In this document: piece by piece, positions 12,031 through 24,622 of the stretch
Layout: every line of letters starts with the position of its first letter
Numbering within the stretch: the stretch's first letter is position 1
Origin: Cladosporium halotolerans
Taxonomy: Eukaryota
Direction: 5' to 3'
Assembly: GCF_011745625.1 (NCBI RefSeq)
Contig: NW_027191506.1
Span: 1-64,000, forward strand
Length of the DNA: 64,000 bases
The notes under the pieces: model-generated
Told to the model about the DNA's origin: nothing
Seen by the model: the letters and a program-made list of their open reading frames with translations, nothing else
Database searches by the model: none
Position numbers and translations under genes: made by a program

Positions 12031-13872
12031 GCGATAGGGTCGCGGCATGGCCCCCATCATAGAGGCCCCTATCTCAAGCCCGCCTATATTCCAAGGCGCC
12101 AGCCCTTATCCTGAGATTTGCTCCTTAAGCCCACAGCAAAGGCTCCGCTAGTGGCGATACCGCCTTGTATGAGGAACAAGGCTCCAAGTACGAGTGGGCC
12201 AGCGGCTTCCTTCTCTTTGTGTACCGACATGCGAATCGGTCCTTTCGAGCCACGCAGGCGGTGTCAGCCGTCGCCGCCATTGCGTGCTACGCCCCGCGGC
12301 CGGAGCCGTTTCGCGTTACCTCGGGAGGTCTCCCTCGTCGAGGCCGACCATGTCTCGCCGTGTGGGATCGAGGCAACGCCCTAGCCAGCAGCGGAAGCTT
12401 CTTTGCCCACTCGACTAACCAACCCTATTCTCGCGTCTTAACAAGTCCGTCGCAGAGGGGCCCTGTCCCTCGAAAGGGCACAGCCCTCGTGTTTTAACAG
12501 ATCCGCAGAGCGGTGGTCTGTCTCCCAAGATGGAGCACAAAGGCCGGGTCTTAACAAGTTCTCTGCGCCAGTGGCCTGTCCCCTCGCTTTCGCGTGCGGC
12601 TTCTATACCGCAACGGGGCGCAAGTCGTCAACCCTCGCCAGCACGCCAGCCAACTGCACATGCGGTGCTGATCCCAGAGCGCTCGTAGGTGAAAGAGTAG
12701 GCACAGACCGCATGTGCCCCGCGGAAGCGCGGAACGCGCTGTACGAAGACTGGGCATGTTCCAAGAACCTCAAAACGCGGGATAACGATATAACAAGAGG
12801 GATGCAAGAGGAGTCGTCAGATAGTAAAGGAGGGAAGATAGGTAGGAAAATGTGACATATACAACAGTTGCAATGCATAGTGATATTGAGACCCTAAACA
12901 GTATTCTAGGGCGATGAAACCATTTAACGTACAGTCAAAGAATGGATGATCTTTCTGCTATACTACTCATGTCTTTTCTCTAGATGACTTGAGAGCTATT
13001 GTGGTGAGAAAATTGATTTAATTGTGAGAGAGGAGTCTATATCCTAGTTGTGCGAAGCTAGGGTTCGGATTCTGAATTCGGATTCTGAAGTACCATTGCG
13101 CGCTGAGGTAAGCTTAGCTCGTAACGAAACTCATTCCGACGCCTCACAAGATCCAGTAAAATCCAAGAGGAAAAGGTAGGAGAAGATATTTTCCCTCGTG
13201 ACCCTCCCCTGCGAACTCCGCACAAGGATTTAACCCTACATCCTCCCCTTCCACCTCCAGTCCTACCCACTCCAGCGCCGAGCTTTGCACCAGACGCCCA
13301 CGACTGTCGTGCGAACACAGCGTCCGATTCTACCGCAACTAAGGCTTGCAAATGAGCGCACACTACAGCGCCGGGGGCCAGTTGGGCGTGGCCAGCTACT
13401 TAGAGGCGAAGGAAGCGGACGTTACTGGAGGAAAGCCAGTTCTTGGAGGCACTAGCGTGCTTCCCCCCAAGCTCGAGGCGGAGAGTGAAAAGGTTGAGTT
13501 GTCGACAGAGGCGGCCTCGAGCGGAATTTTCTGATTGTTGGAGTGGAAGGGGGGCGAAGGCAGAGGAATTCGTGAAGGCAGAGGAATTCGTGAATGGGAG
13601 TGGGTTGTTCAACAGGTGTGGGGTAGTTGCGAGGGAGAGAAGGTTATGTTGTTTTCTGTTCTTATCAAAAAAAATTCACAGATGACGGTGACTACGAGAA
13701 AGGAGAGAATGTTCGATGATGATTAAGGATGCAAGGCAGTTGGTGAAATCCATCCCTTTGCGGACTTCCGCGTCGCTGTGCTTTGAGGCAGAAAATTCGC
13801 AGCAAGAACAAAGTCGATCCTCTAAAAACAAGAGATGCGCTGCGCTAATAGCGGCAGCTCAGGAAAGCCGCC

Positions 13873-15921
13873 TCAGTATGTGAAAGCCTCTTCGAAGAAA
13901 TCAACACTACCATCAGTCACCACCTCTCTAACGGCCTGGCGCACGGAATCTGCAAACGCGCCGGGCCCGCAGACCGTCACGCCCACGGCGCCGATGCGCT
14001 GCTGCATCTCCTTGGCCATAACGGTACTTGGATTGCAACGGCCGGGGAACATCTGCACCGAGCCAGTGTTGGAGACGACCTCGCCCTTGTGGCGGGGCTT
14101 TGTCACGAAGAGCTGGATGCGGAGCACCTCACGGCGGTGTTCGAGACGCAGGATTTGATCCATCCACTCGCGGACCCACTCCAGCGATTCGGTAGTCGGG
14201 ATGGACCAGATGAGCAGGATCTTCTGGGTGGCGCAGGTTCCGAGCGCGTACTGGGTAAGCAATTGATGGGCATAGCCGACGCAGTGGGTGATGCCGACAC
14301 CGCCGGCGAACATGATCATTGTGCCGTACGATTCAAACGTCTCGTGGCCGCCGTATGGGCCTTCGATCGCGCCCCAGGTGGTGAAGACCTTGCTCGGCAA
14401 GGCATTGGCGCGCTCGTACAGTTTTCGCGTCATACCGTTCCGCATCCGCACGATGAGGGAGATGGTCGTGACGTCTTTTTTGTGGGAGCCGGGTGCGTTG
14501 GTATGTTTGGGCCTGTAGTAGTCAGTGCCAACGGCACTGTCCTTGTACACAGACTTGCGAGGCATAGCATTGGGCCGCCGGGAGACACCAAGGACGTCTT
14601 TTGGCTTGTTGTAGGAAATCTTCTCCCGTTCCAGCTCGCGCTCTGATGTCTTCGACTTCTCGGCCCAAGCGATGGAGAAGGGATGACTCAACCAGAGGGA
14701 AATTGTCGGCAGGTAAGCGTGCACGCGGCAGCCAGGGGTGTATGTCCAAGGTCTGCGCAGATCAAAGGTCACGCGGCAGGCGTCGCCAGGAAGGGCCTCG
14801 ACGGTGATCTTGGTGATGCCATTCCTTCGACTGATGTTCAGGTAGCAGATGCGGTAGAACCTCCAGGACCACTCGGCTCCCCAGAGCGCAAAGCAAAGCT
14901 CGACGTAAGGCATCTGCGGCAGGCCGGCCGCATCGAGGTGGACGTAGACGCCAATCAGCCCAAACAGGACAAGTAGACGGTGCAGGTTAAGGAAGGTCTC
15001 GTAAAAGGCGTGGCGAATGGGCGCCGCCGCCGTGACAAAGATGAAGCTGAACACCACGGTCGCCATCATGCCCCACGCAAAGCTGGTGCTCGTCGCCAGG
15101 GAGAGCGCCACTTGCGCACTACCAGCGTCTCTGTGGGCGTTTATGGCCCAGGCGATAGTGTGGAGCACCGCCTCGATCACCATGATTCGCACGCACCACC
15201 GATGCATGAGGTTGTAAGCATCATAGCTGACTCGGGTAATGTGGATCAGAGGGTTGTTGCGAAGAGCGAAAAGCACCGTGGGAATGATATTGAGCGCGGC
15301 CAGCTGTCCTGTGCGTCCTCGGAGCTCTGCAATGACCGAAGAGCTCTCAGGGTGATCCCAGTCGAGAGCGAGGCAGTAGGCCATGTTACTGAAGCAGTAG
15401 AGCAACAGCACGATCATGTGGAACCTGGAGGGCAGAGTGCCCATGCCGACACTGGCATTTTTGATGAATGGGATGCCAAGCTCCCTATTGTGGCGGACCT
15501 TGCGGAGAGGCGCGTAGAGTAGGTGCTTCTTGACGTTTGGCCAGAGCCTGCTATGGTTGTACATCCAGTATCTCTGGTCTTCGAGAGGGCCCATGGCACC
15601 GATGTGGCGGAGGTGCGCATTGGCCATGTGCAGCCATCTGTACGCGAGGACTATGGCTAGCATGCCGAAGAAGGAGAGTACGAGAGCGTTGCTGAGGAGC
15701 CAATTGAGGTTCTGATTGACGCCCTCGAGGCCGTAGACCCAAACATTTTCGGAGAAATTGAGGTTAATGAAATCGCCAAACTCGCCGATGCCATTGGCCG
15801 GCTGGGGCGCTGCGTACGGCAAGGCATTTCTCGGCGACATTTTGGCATCACTGGCTACGAGATCGAGCGACGCAGACGTCAGGCCGTCGTGGCAGTACGG
15901 GTGGCCGTGGAAGTGGTGCAT
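13873..15921 (-). CDS. Ferric/cupric reductase (FRE family), intronless
   Basis: Heme His motifs NLMHRW...VLHT and LNLHRL...YVHL, FAD motif SHPFSI, NADPH motifs IEGPYG and AGGVGIT, then VCGPGAF and C-terminal EEAFTY. The likely start is MHHFHGH at 15921. Confidence 0.93.
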   Translation of the reverse strand: MHHFHGHPYCHDGLTSASLDLVASDAKMSPRNALPYAAPQPANGIGEFGDFINLNFSENVWVYGLEGVNQNLNWLLSNALVLSFFGMLAIVLAYRWLHMANAHLRHIGAMGPLEDQRYWMYNHSRLWPNVKKHLLYAPLRKVRHNRELGIPFIKNASVGMGTLPSRFHMIVLLLYCFSNMAYCLALDWDHPESSSVIAELRGRTGQLAALNIIPTVLFALRNNPLIHITRVSYDAYNLMHRWCVRIMVIEAVLHTIAWAINAHRDAGSAQVALSLATSTSFAWGMMATVVFSFIFVTAAAPIRHAFYETFLNLHRLLVLFGLIGVYVHLDAAGLPQMPYVELCFALWGAEWSWRFYRICYLNISRRNGITKITVEALPGDACRVTFDLRRPWTYTPGCRVHAYLPTISLWLSHPFSIAWAEKSKTSERELEREKISYNKPKDVLGVSRRPNAMPRKSVYKDSAVGTDYYRPKHTNAPGSHKKDVTTISLIVRMRNGMTRKLYERANALPSKVFTTWGAIEGPYGGHETFESYGTMIMFAGGVGITHCVGYAHQLLTQYALGTCATQKILLIWSIPTTESLEWVREWMDQILRLEHRREVLRIQLFVTKPRHKGEVVSNTGSVQMFPGRCNPSTVMAKEMQQRIGAVGVTVCGPGAFADSVRQAVREVVTDGSVDFFEEAFTY

Positions 15922-16333
15922 CGTGAACCGGCACGATGTCAAAGGCCGCGGCGGCGTTCCGGACAAATGTGGTAAGAACGCAAGCGGCCGCCGGGGACGG
16001 AGGAGAGAAGACAAGGGCGCAGGCAGAACAGAATCGTCAGGATGGGCGCGCTCGTGAGGTCAAGGGACTTGGAATCCCTATACTCTGCCAAGACGCGGTC
16101 AGGTCATCATTAGAGGTCGCGCCGAGGGAGTGCGCGAATTGTGCGGGTGGCGCTTTCTCAGGGGCTCTCAAACGTCTGTGCTGCGCCCCACTTCATTCTG
16201 CCATGGTGTTTTGTTCTTAATCCCAACTAACGATTACGATTAAGCGTTCCTGGAGAAGCCTCATTCCCATTCGCTTCCTCTTCCCTCCTACAAAGCCATT
16301 GTGGTTCAAGCTTCGTTCTGCACGGTTCCAACA

Positions 16334-18800
16334 ATGTTATGTCAAGCAGCCCTCGCGCTGCTCAGTTTCTTCACTGCGTTTATAGCAGCAGAAGTCCGGT
16401 TCTACAACTTTACAATCCATGAAGGAGAAGCGGCTCCTGGTTCGTACTCTCTTGGTTGCAAGAGTCGAACAAGTCATAATGAAGCATTACAGATGGTTTT
16501 TCCCGCCCGGTCTACCTCATCAATGGTCAACAGCCTGCTCCACACATTGAAGCCAACGAGGACGACATCCTGGAGGTGTACGTGAAGAACGAGCTTCCCG
16601 TCGAAACAACCTTACACTGGCACGGTACGTCCTACCCGTTCAACTCAACCGCTTCTTGCTAAAGAGAGCCCCACAGGCATACTTCAACGGGGTACACCGC
16701 AAATGGATGGTGTCCCTGGTGTGACGCAGGTCAGTTTCCCCCATCGGTGCAGCTCCGCGTTCTCAGCCATACTGATCTCTCCACTAGTATCCCATCGCAC
16801 CTGGAGGCAATTTCACTTATCGCTTCAAATTGGACAACGAGTACGGCTTCTACTGGTACCACTCGCATTTTCGCGCTTATTACAATGATGCGATCCGGGG
16901 CCCGATAACCATTCTCCCCAAACGATCGCGCACTCGCCCCTTCGAGTCGATTGCCTCTTGTGACGCTGACGTCGAAGCCTTGCTTCAGGCAGAGCGCCAT
17001 GCGTTCCCAGTACTCCTCACGGACTGGTACCATGATGTATCCGATGTGGTTCTGCGCGAGTACAATCGTACGGGTGTTTTTCCGCACTGCGTGAACAGTT
17101 TGCTTGCCAATGGCATGGGCAGAGTGCAGTGTCTGCCACGGGAAGTTCTGGATTGCGGACCGGACCTGTGCTTGGGGTCTGAACGTTCCAGTGCGATGTC
17201 AATGTCATCCTCTGGAAACCTCGAACTGCCTAGGTCATCTTCTGCTGCATCGCAAGACATGGCCTTGATGGATGATACGGCGAGTTCAGTGTCAACTACG
17301 GAGCTAAGGCCAATGACTAAGTCAGTGCCATCGAGTTCTCAGAGGCCCATGGGGTCCATGCCACAGCGCAAGAGACAAATGATGGATATGTCAGACATGG
17401 CCACGTCTCTAGGTCCTCGCGGTTGTACGCCGCCTACAATGTTCAGGCCTGGATATAATGCTAGCGACCTCCCTCCAGAGACCTGCACTAAAACTATGGC
17501 GCCTCTGCTTACAATTCCCGCAAATTCTTCGTCAGGCTGGCTGGCCCTCAACCTCGTGAATGCCGGATCTACTAGTAAATTGACGGTGTCGTTGGATTCG
17601 CATACAATGTACGTATATGCGGCCGACGGACTATTTGTGAAGATGCAGGAGATCGAGGTATGTCTGGAATGCCACGTGCAAATTTTGACGTAGCTGACCG
17701 TGCAGGTACTGCCAATTGGTCTTGGCGAACGCTACTCGGTGATGATCAAGCTTGATCAAACGCCTGGCGACTACCTTCTCCGCTTCGCTGCGACTCCCGT
17801 CGGCGACATGCAACAAGTCATCGAAGACGTCGCAGTAGTCCGGTACAAGCGCAGCGTCAATGAGAGCTCATTCAGTGACATAGACTCGTCTCCGAAGATG
17901 ACGAGCAATATGAAGTCGTCGATTCTCGCAGGAGATACGAGTGGCGTCCACATGCTGGCGAATAGTTCTGCCAGGACTGCGGCTTCTATATTACGGCGGC
18001 AGAACTTGGGGCCTTTCGATCGCATCGCGCCCCCAATCCATAACAATAACGTTGTCACGAAGAACTTGAATGTCAGTCAAACTGGCATCGTGACTTGGGT
18101 CGTGGACAGGTACGCCTATTCAGAGCCCAAGATACCGGTGTTAAATGGCAACATCTCGGATGGGTGGAATGCCAACACGACGCTCCACCTGCCCTTCAAC
18201 GCTACCATTGATCTGATCATGAGAATATCGCCTGACTCCATGGATACGGTATGTCCGAACATATAATTCTATTCGGGATGAAGCCCGGCTAATTCAGCTC
18301 TAGATGGGCCATCCTATGCATCTACACGGTCACAAGTTTTGGATCCTGGGCAGCGGCGAAGGTGACTTCCCTTACTCGTCAGTTCAAGACGTTCCAGGCT
18401 TTTTGGTCAATCTAGACGATCCCCCATACCGTGACACAGTCGAGCTTCCTGCCTCAGGCTGGGCAGTCATACGGTTAGGTCCCCTGCCCCGCAAAGCGAT
18501 CTCAGATCGAACTTTGCGCTTTGTTAACGCTTTGTGATCTAGATACGTTTCCGACAATCCGGGTGCTTGGCTTCTTCACTGTCACATCCAGTGGCATCTT
18601 GTGGTGGGTCACACGATACGTTTCAAAATCTCACAAAGTACTGACCTCTTCGACCATAGAGTGGAATGGCTTTGGTGCTCGTGGAGGGAGGAGACCGCCT
18701 CCCTGCTATACTCGGCTCTTCTGATGTCTCGACTAATCTTTGGGATGCCGTGGGTCACCACCACGCAGCCGAGCTCTCCAGCCCATGCACTATTCCCTGA
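16334..18800 (+). CDS. Secreted multicopper oxidase with a Met/Ser-rich insert; multi-exon
   Basis: Signal peptide MLCQAALALLSFFTAFIAA. Copper motifs are LHWHG, WYHSH, HPMHLHGH and HCHIQWHLV|SGM (axial Met). Several short GT-AG introns are present. The stop TGA is at 18798-18800 in my splice model. Confidence 0.9.
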
Positions 18801-19319
18801 GCCACAGCTTGGAAAGTGTATCTTGTTTTCGCTGTCTTCGTTTCATTGGTTTAGGGTTCTGAGAATATGGACAGAACATCCGCCAGAATTGGAATATGTC
18901 AGAGGACTAACAAGCGAGGAGGCCTTCCATTAGTTCTGTATACAACATATTGTAATTTTCTAATTTCTTTCATTAAATCCATCTTCTCCGAGCTCTCTTG
19001 AATTGGATGTCTGTCGCTCCCAAACTGCACAGATGACAGTCTTGTAATAGCTCGGCTTTGGCCTCATTCCAACTCGACCCTTTCGAAGATACCTAGAAGC
19101 GGATGCATCCTACTTACAAATATATTTCCTTCGCGCTAGTTCATAGGGGTCGAAGTACGCTTGGTTATTGAGGTAGACAGCTCGAGCCGATGGGAAATAG
19201 AAGGCCCTCAACTTTTGTTGTGAGCACAGCAGATCTTGTGTAGAGACCTCAGCTGCAACAGCCGGCCTCTAGTCAAATAGATCGTCGCGGGACATGTGGA
19301 GCCATTATCATTCAGGTGC

Positions 19320-20930
19320 AGGCTATTCGCTCTCTACGCCTTGACCAAGCGCGGCTCGCGCACTCCGGAAGCGGCAACTGTCGATTTGCTTCCCTCTTCG
19401 ATTGCCGCCTTTGCAGCCTGCCTTGCTCGCCCAAGCCGGTCGTTCGCTTATCCGCAGACCACTGACTGGCTCAACTTGCCTCGGGTACAGGTTGTAGACT
19501 GCCTTCAGCGGGCTTGGAAAAGCTGAGCCTAGCAAGAGAAACATCGAAATGCTTCCGGCGGGCCTGAATGCCTGCGGCAAGTTCACACGATCTGGCCGTC
19601 TCGTCCGTGCGCTCGTCCCGGCGGAGGCCTTCCAAGGAAATCGCGCATCTAATATTGCTGGTGCATGATGTCTGCTTGTGCCCGTACATGTTGCAGTAGT
19701 GCCACAGGCCGCAGTTGACCGTGAGGATGAACAGCGAGCAAAACGCACCGTTCGCGCTGGACAGCGCGGTGCCAGCTCGAAGCGTACAATCTGCGTTGAG
19801 CTTGTCCTTCAGCCATACCACTAACGATCCTACCTTCTTCATTGCATCGACCTGACTGAGCCACATTGCTTTCAAAGCTGTGCACTTCGCCGCTTCGCAG
19901 CTGTTGTCCGCCTTGGAGTCTTTCGGAAGACTCTCTTCAGCGTCATTTCGTCTTTAATCCCATCGCGCAAGGCACACTGCTTCACGACTTTATTGAACTT
20001 GGCGGGCTACCACTGCTCACCTTTCATGCGCGCGCCCGGCATGCTCGACGTCAGCCGGCAAGTGTGCTGCTTCGCTTCATTGCCATCGTCCTTGCTGGCG
20101 ATCACCCCTTCGTCCTTGTCGGCGATCACCACACCGATCCTCTTCCCCGGACCAGGCTGCAGGCACTTGGTCGTTAGCTTTTCAGTGATCTTTTTGATTT
20201 TGAGCCCGGCTTGGAGGCTGTCTCCGATGCGGGTGAAGTTGCTCTTAGCACCTTTGAACCTGCCCGTGCCTACAAGAATCGTGCAATTATGTAGGACCTG
20301 ATGCCCGTCTTTTGAAAGCGGCGTGCCCTGTAAGGGCACGATCCTGTGTCTGTATCTTCTTTGCACCTTCGGCTAGACCCTGACTCACGACAATGCCGCT
20401 GCAGCTGCGTGGTCGGGTCGTGTTTTCCTGTACAACTGCCTTTAAGATCTTGATCTCCCCGCTTTGATCACCTCGGCCTGCGCTTTGATGGTCTTTGCCA
20501 TTGCCTTATTGCTTTCCATCAACACCTTAATACTTTCCAAAAGACTCCTCTGACCCTCTACCATCTGCTTCCGAACACGCATCAGCTCAGTGATAGTCGC
20601 CGCCATTTCCGCCAGATTCTCGTCGACGCTCTCCTCCGCTTTCCTCTTGCGCTCTGCGGACCAGGCCGCCTTGAAAGCGAGTGTATTCCGTTGCGAGCCT
20701 TCACCCTGACCAGCCACAATCGACCTACCTCGTACCACCGTTTTCTTCACTCCTCCTGCTCTCGCTTTTCCCCTCGTCACCATTTGTCATTCCGCAACCC
20801 CTCCGCCGTGCCACCCCGCGTCGATCAACACCTACCACAACAATCAAAATCTTGGGTATGGTTGGTTTTGTTCATGAGCAAGAAACGTCCCGATACAGTA
20901 GATTAAAGAATCTTGGCCCGTTACTCGACG
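19320..20930 (-). mobile_element. Degenerate LINE 5' end (5' UTR plus frameshifted gag-like ORF1)
   Basis: Fragments include MVTRGKARAG...ERKRKAEES, a coiled coil, KAMWLSQ...VGSLVVWLKDK (compare KLSWLS...GSMVVYV in ORF1 at 2276) and a degenerate knuckle CNMYGHKQTSC. Confidence 0.75.
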
Positions 20931-21293
20931 CGACCCATTAACCCAAGGATCACGTTCTCGTAGCGGATGAAGCTAATCATTGTCGTGGAGCAAGAGTGAA
21001 GCAAGAGATATAAGATAGCATGGAGCTACTAGAACCAAAGTGGAACAGGGAGGCGACGCGTTGCACACGAGGTGCACACGAGGTGCACACGAGGAATAAC
21101 AAAGTGACCGAGACAGCGCAGCAATGCCTCCCGCTGGTGCAACAATCTCTGGACCGTGTGCGAGGTTCGGAAAGCATCGCCTTCATTATAACTACAGCAG
21201 AGTAGGCGGTAAATTAGATTACGCAACTTCGGCAGAAAAGCAGCAGAGAGTGCACTGATCATGGTCGCGTTCCGACGTCGCTCAAATCCGACA

Positions 21294-22589
21294 TCATCCA
21301 TTCCGAAAAACCCTTTCTAATTCTCCGCACGCACGCAGGTAATAGTCGCGCACATCACGCGCCGCGTTCAAAGGATTTGGCGCCTTATCCCAGCCATGCG
21401 GCACACCCTCAATCAGAGTGTAAGAGACGCGCTTATCAATCTCGGGCGAGAGCAGCCGATCACGGAAATCGAGGCCCTCAGCCAGCAGCATGTCCCACTC
21501 GCAACAGAGCATGATTATGTCGTCGGGCAAGCCATTTTTGAGTAGTGCCGTAGGCGCGACACCTGGGCTCAGATAGGGCGAGTCAAGTGCAACGGAGTCC
21601 GGTGGATATAAATAGCTCTCGTCGAACAGGTTGGTGAAGAGTGATGGCAGCTCTTGATCTTTCCTCAAGCAGGTCGCGCGCCGCTGCTCACGAGTCCGCG
21701 TGTAGTCTGTGCTGGGATACCAGGCGAGGACTGCGCGAAGAGCGATAGGGCAAGGCCCAGTAGGTGTTGCTTTGTGGGAATTGATGATGGCTTCGGCATT
21801 AGGTGAAGAGGATACGTGTCCTTGGGGATCCAGCGGATCAACGAAGTCGACATTCCTATTCGGATTGGCTTTCGCCCAGAAGGAAGTCGAGACGGAGCCT
21901 TGAAACTCTGAATCTGCGTTGGACCGAAAAGGGGGGCTATTCCCCATCGTATACTCATGTAGGCGCAACGATACTGTAAAGGCCATGTTGCCACCAGAGC
22001 TGAATCCGGATATCGCAATCTTGTCCCTGTCAATCCCAAGTTCCGCGGCGTGCTTGTATATCCAGATTATCGCGTCTACGCCGTCTTCCACAGCATTTGG
22101 GAAAGGATATTCTGGCGCAGGGCGGTAGCCCACACTCACAACAAGAGCCTTACATTCATCAGCGACAGTGGTGCACCAGCGAGCATCATCTGTGGGCGCA
22201 CCGAGCGTGAAACCTCCGCCGTGAAAGTTGATCACGGCAGGATAAGGACGATGTGCTCGAGTTCTTTGGTTGTATGGACGGGCCGTCCGTGCAACTCGTC
22301 CAACGGCGCTCGTGCGTTGGTGTTTCGCCTTCCCGAGATCGGCGGTGTCGATATTTTGCTCGTGGGTTCTTATGTCGTTCAAGATCCCCTCCTGCCTCTC
22401 GTACTGCGGGGGCACATAGAAGTACAATTGAATCGGGCCCCGCTTCTTGCTGATTGTCGACTGTATGGTTTTCGAGAATGCCGGTTGCCGAGGGCGCGGA
22501 GGCGCGAGCCTGTGAAAGAGCATGCCTAAGCCCATCAGCACCCTCCAGATATTTGCTTGTATGCGTAGAATCCATCGTAACCGCGCCAT
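21294..22589 (-). CDS. Alpha/beta hydrolase, hormone-sensitive-lipase family (abhydrolase_3)
   Basis: Oxyanion motif NFHGGGF, YRPAPEYPFP, nucleophile elbow GFSSGG, acid in EWD and His in GVPHGWD. The start is MARLRW at 22589. Confidence 0.9.
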   Translation of the reverse strand: MARLRWILRIQANIWRVLMGLGMLFHRLAPPRPRQPAFSKTIQSTISKKRGPIQLYFYVPPQYERQEGILNDIRTHEQNIDTADLGKAKHQRTSAVGRVARTARPYNQRTRAHRPYPAVINFHGGGFTLGAPTDDARWCTTVADECKALVVSVGYRPAPEYPFPNAVEDGVDAIIWIYKHAAELGIDRDKIAISGFSSGGNMAFTVSLRLHEYTMGNSPPFRSNADSEFQGSVSTSFWAKANPNRNVDFVDPLDPQGHVSSSPNAEAIINSHKATPTGPCPIALRAVLAWYPSTDYTRTREQRRATCLRKDQELPSLFTNLFDESYLYPPDSVALDSPYLSPGVAPTALLKNGLPDDIIMLCCEWDMLLAEGLDFRDRLLSPEIDKRVSYTLIEGVPHGWDKAPNPLNAARDVRDYYLRACGELERVFRNG

Positions 22590-23986
22590 GGTGGTTTTGT
22601 CTAGATTGCAACCGGGCTGATTTTGGCCGAGTGACCTCAAAAAGGGAAAAAAAGATGAACGCTTCTTTTCCTTCAGATTGGCCGGGTGCATTCTGCTGCA
22701 GCGACTCTCAATATCCGCCTGCTTTATGCAAGAGCTTCCCTGTCGCAGCAAGCCTGTCCGGCCATCGAACGAAAGCAAGACCTGGAAGCCCGCAAGTGAT
22801 ATCTGTCGTCTTCCTCAAGCTAATAGTCCTCGTGCCACGGTTGCCGGCCTTGGTCGCTCCGGAAGACGACGAATCGAGAATGACGTCGAAGATCTCCGTT
22901 CTGCTGAAGCATATGTTTCACCTGTTTGCGAGGCAAGGGGCGCTGTATCGTGTGCTGGACTATAACGCTAACGCGAGGTACGAGGTAGCTAGATGTGGTT
23001 TTGGTCTACTGACGAATGATTAAAAGTGCAGGTTTGGAAGAAGGAAGGACGTTTCGAATCGTGGACGCTTGCTGCGTTGCGATATCGAGTGTTGATACGT
23101 CAGGGCGGAGTCAACAAACGAAAAGCCAGAGCACGCATCATTGTAGCATCGAATTCGCCGCGCTGGCCAATGATGATTGGCATGTGACAGTATGAGTGAC
23201 TTGTGCGGCGACATAGCCATGCGTTCCCAGGCACCTAATGCGACATTTGTGCGAGAGGTCTGGGCGCTTCGGAGTTGCTTGCCGACAAAGTGAGCCATTT
23301 CTGCGCCTTTCAAGCAGGCACAAATGCCACGATGCCCCTTCAAACTCGCCTTACGCCGCTGACGACAGACCATCTTGCTGAGGCATTTCCGCTTCCCGCT
23401 CGGTTTCGCTGGCGAAAAATGTTGGTACAAATTCAACACGATCCAGGACCTCACTACGATCCAAAGCTGCGTTGTGGAGCCAGCTGGTGGCGAATTCGAA
23501 AGACTGAGAGGATGGCTGCGGGCAAGGCGCGAGGAGAAAAGCTGGCTTCCGATTGGCTCGGAGGCTTCCCCGCGGGTTCCAGACCCTGGAATGTCACTCG
23601 AGGCAGGTCCTCCGCCACCTTTACTGCGGGCTGACATGCCCGCCAGGTAGGCGCGCGAGGTCTCGGTAGTGTGCACTTGGTAGGCTCGCTCAGTGCTCTA
23701 GAATGATACAAACGACGACCCTGTCCGTGACAAAGTCGAAAAGAGGTGCCCGTGACATTTATCTGCTCATATCGCAAAGGAGATCTCCTAGGCCGCGCGG
23801 CTGATGCGCTACCCCGCCCGCTCAGCCCCTCTGATCTGCGCTGGCAGCAGTCAAAACTCGTCATGCCTCCCAAGTTTGGTACCTTTCTTCGACGTCCTGC
23901 TCTTTGTCAAAACCTTTCGACAGCACCATCATTCTTCTCCCAGCAGTGAAGTCCCGCATCGGTACACATCCAATACAGCAGCTACC

Positions 23987-24622
23987 ATGTCTGGGCTTCT
24001 TGGCAAGCTCGCCGGACAGCTTGCTTCAGGCAGCGGCGGCAGCGGCAGCAGCTCTGGTTCGAACAACACGCAGTCTGGATCCGGAAAACTGCTCCACAGT
24101 CTCACCGACAAGGTCACCGGGCAAAGCCACCCGCAAGATCGTGCCGGCTCTTCACAACAGAGCTATTATCCGCCAGGCGCTCCCGCTCCTTACGACAATC
24201 AAGCACAGTCTCACCAGCAATCTGGGCGTGAGCAGCAACATCAAGGCGCTTATCCTTATCAGCAAGGACATGGCGGATACGATGGCAATCCGCATGCCCA
24301 AGATTATCGCTCGGCTGGCAGTGACGCGCACGCCGGGCAACGCCCATACATGAGTGGCTATCCGCAAGCGAATGAAGGCTACGCACCAAGCTCGCACGCC
24401 GGCTACCAGGAGGGCGGGGCCCATGGACAACAGGCTAGTGGTCACGGCTACGAGCGAGAAGGGCATGCACAAGGAGAGGGCTATGGCCGCTATGAGCAAG
24501 GCCAGTATGGGAGGGAGCAAGGCCATGGTGGCTACCAGCAGGGCCCGGGCGGCTATGGACAAGGCCATGAAACCTACAACCAGGGTCACGGCAAGCCGAG
24601 GCAAGGGCATGGCGGACATTGA
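23987..24622 (+). CDS. Small Gly/Gln/His/Tyr-rich low-complexity protein (211 aa), function unknown
   Basis: The ATG has a good ACCATG context. MSGLLGKLAGQL is followed by QQGHGGY/EQGHGGY/GQGHET-type repeats. Confidence 0.7.
   Translation: MSGLLGKLAGQLASGSGGSGSSSGSNNTQSGSGKLLHSLTDKVTGQSHPQDRAGSSQQSYYPPGAPAPYDNQAQSHQQSGREQQHQGAYPYQQGHGGYDGNPHAQDYRSAGSDAHAGQRPYMSGYPQANEGYAPSSHAGYQEGGAHGQQASGHGYEREGHAQGEGYGRYEQGQYGREQGHGGYQQGPGGYGQGHETYNQGHGKPRQGHGGH

Noticed and set aside
12100..13750. Short ORFs, an 18-bp tandem duplication (GAAGGCAGAGGAATTCGT near 13556-13592) and vague resemblance to 57100-57500
   Set aside because: There is no convincing alignment or domain. It may be an element-end remnant, but this is unsupported.
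16334..18800. Calling the oxidase FET3
   Set aside because: It has an axial Met, no clear C-terminal TM helix in my model and no adjacent FTR1.
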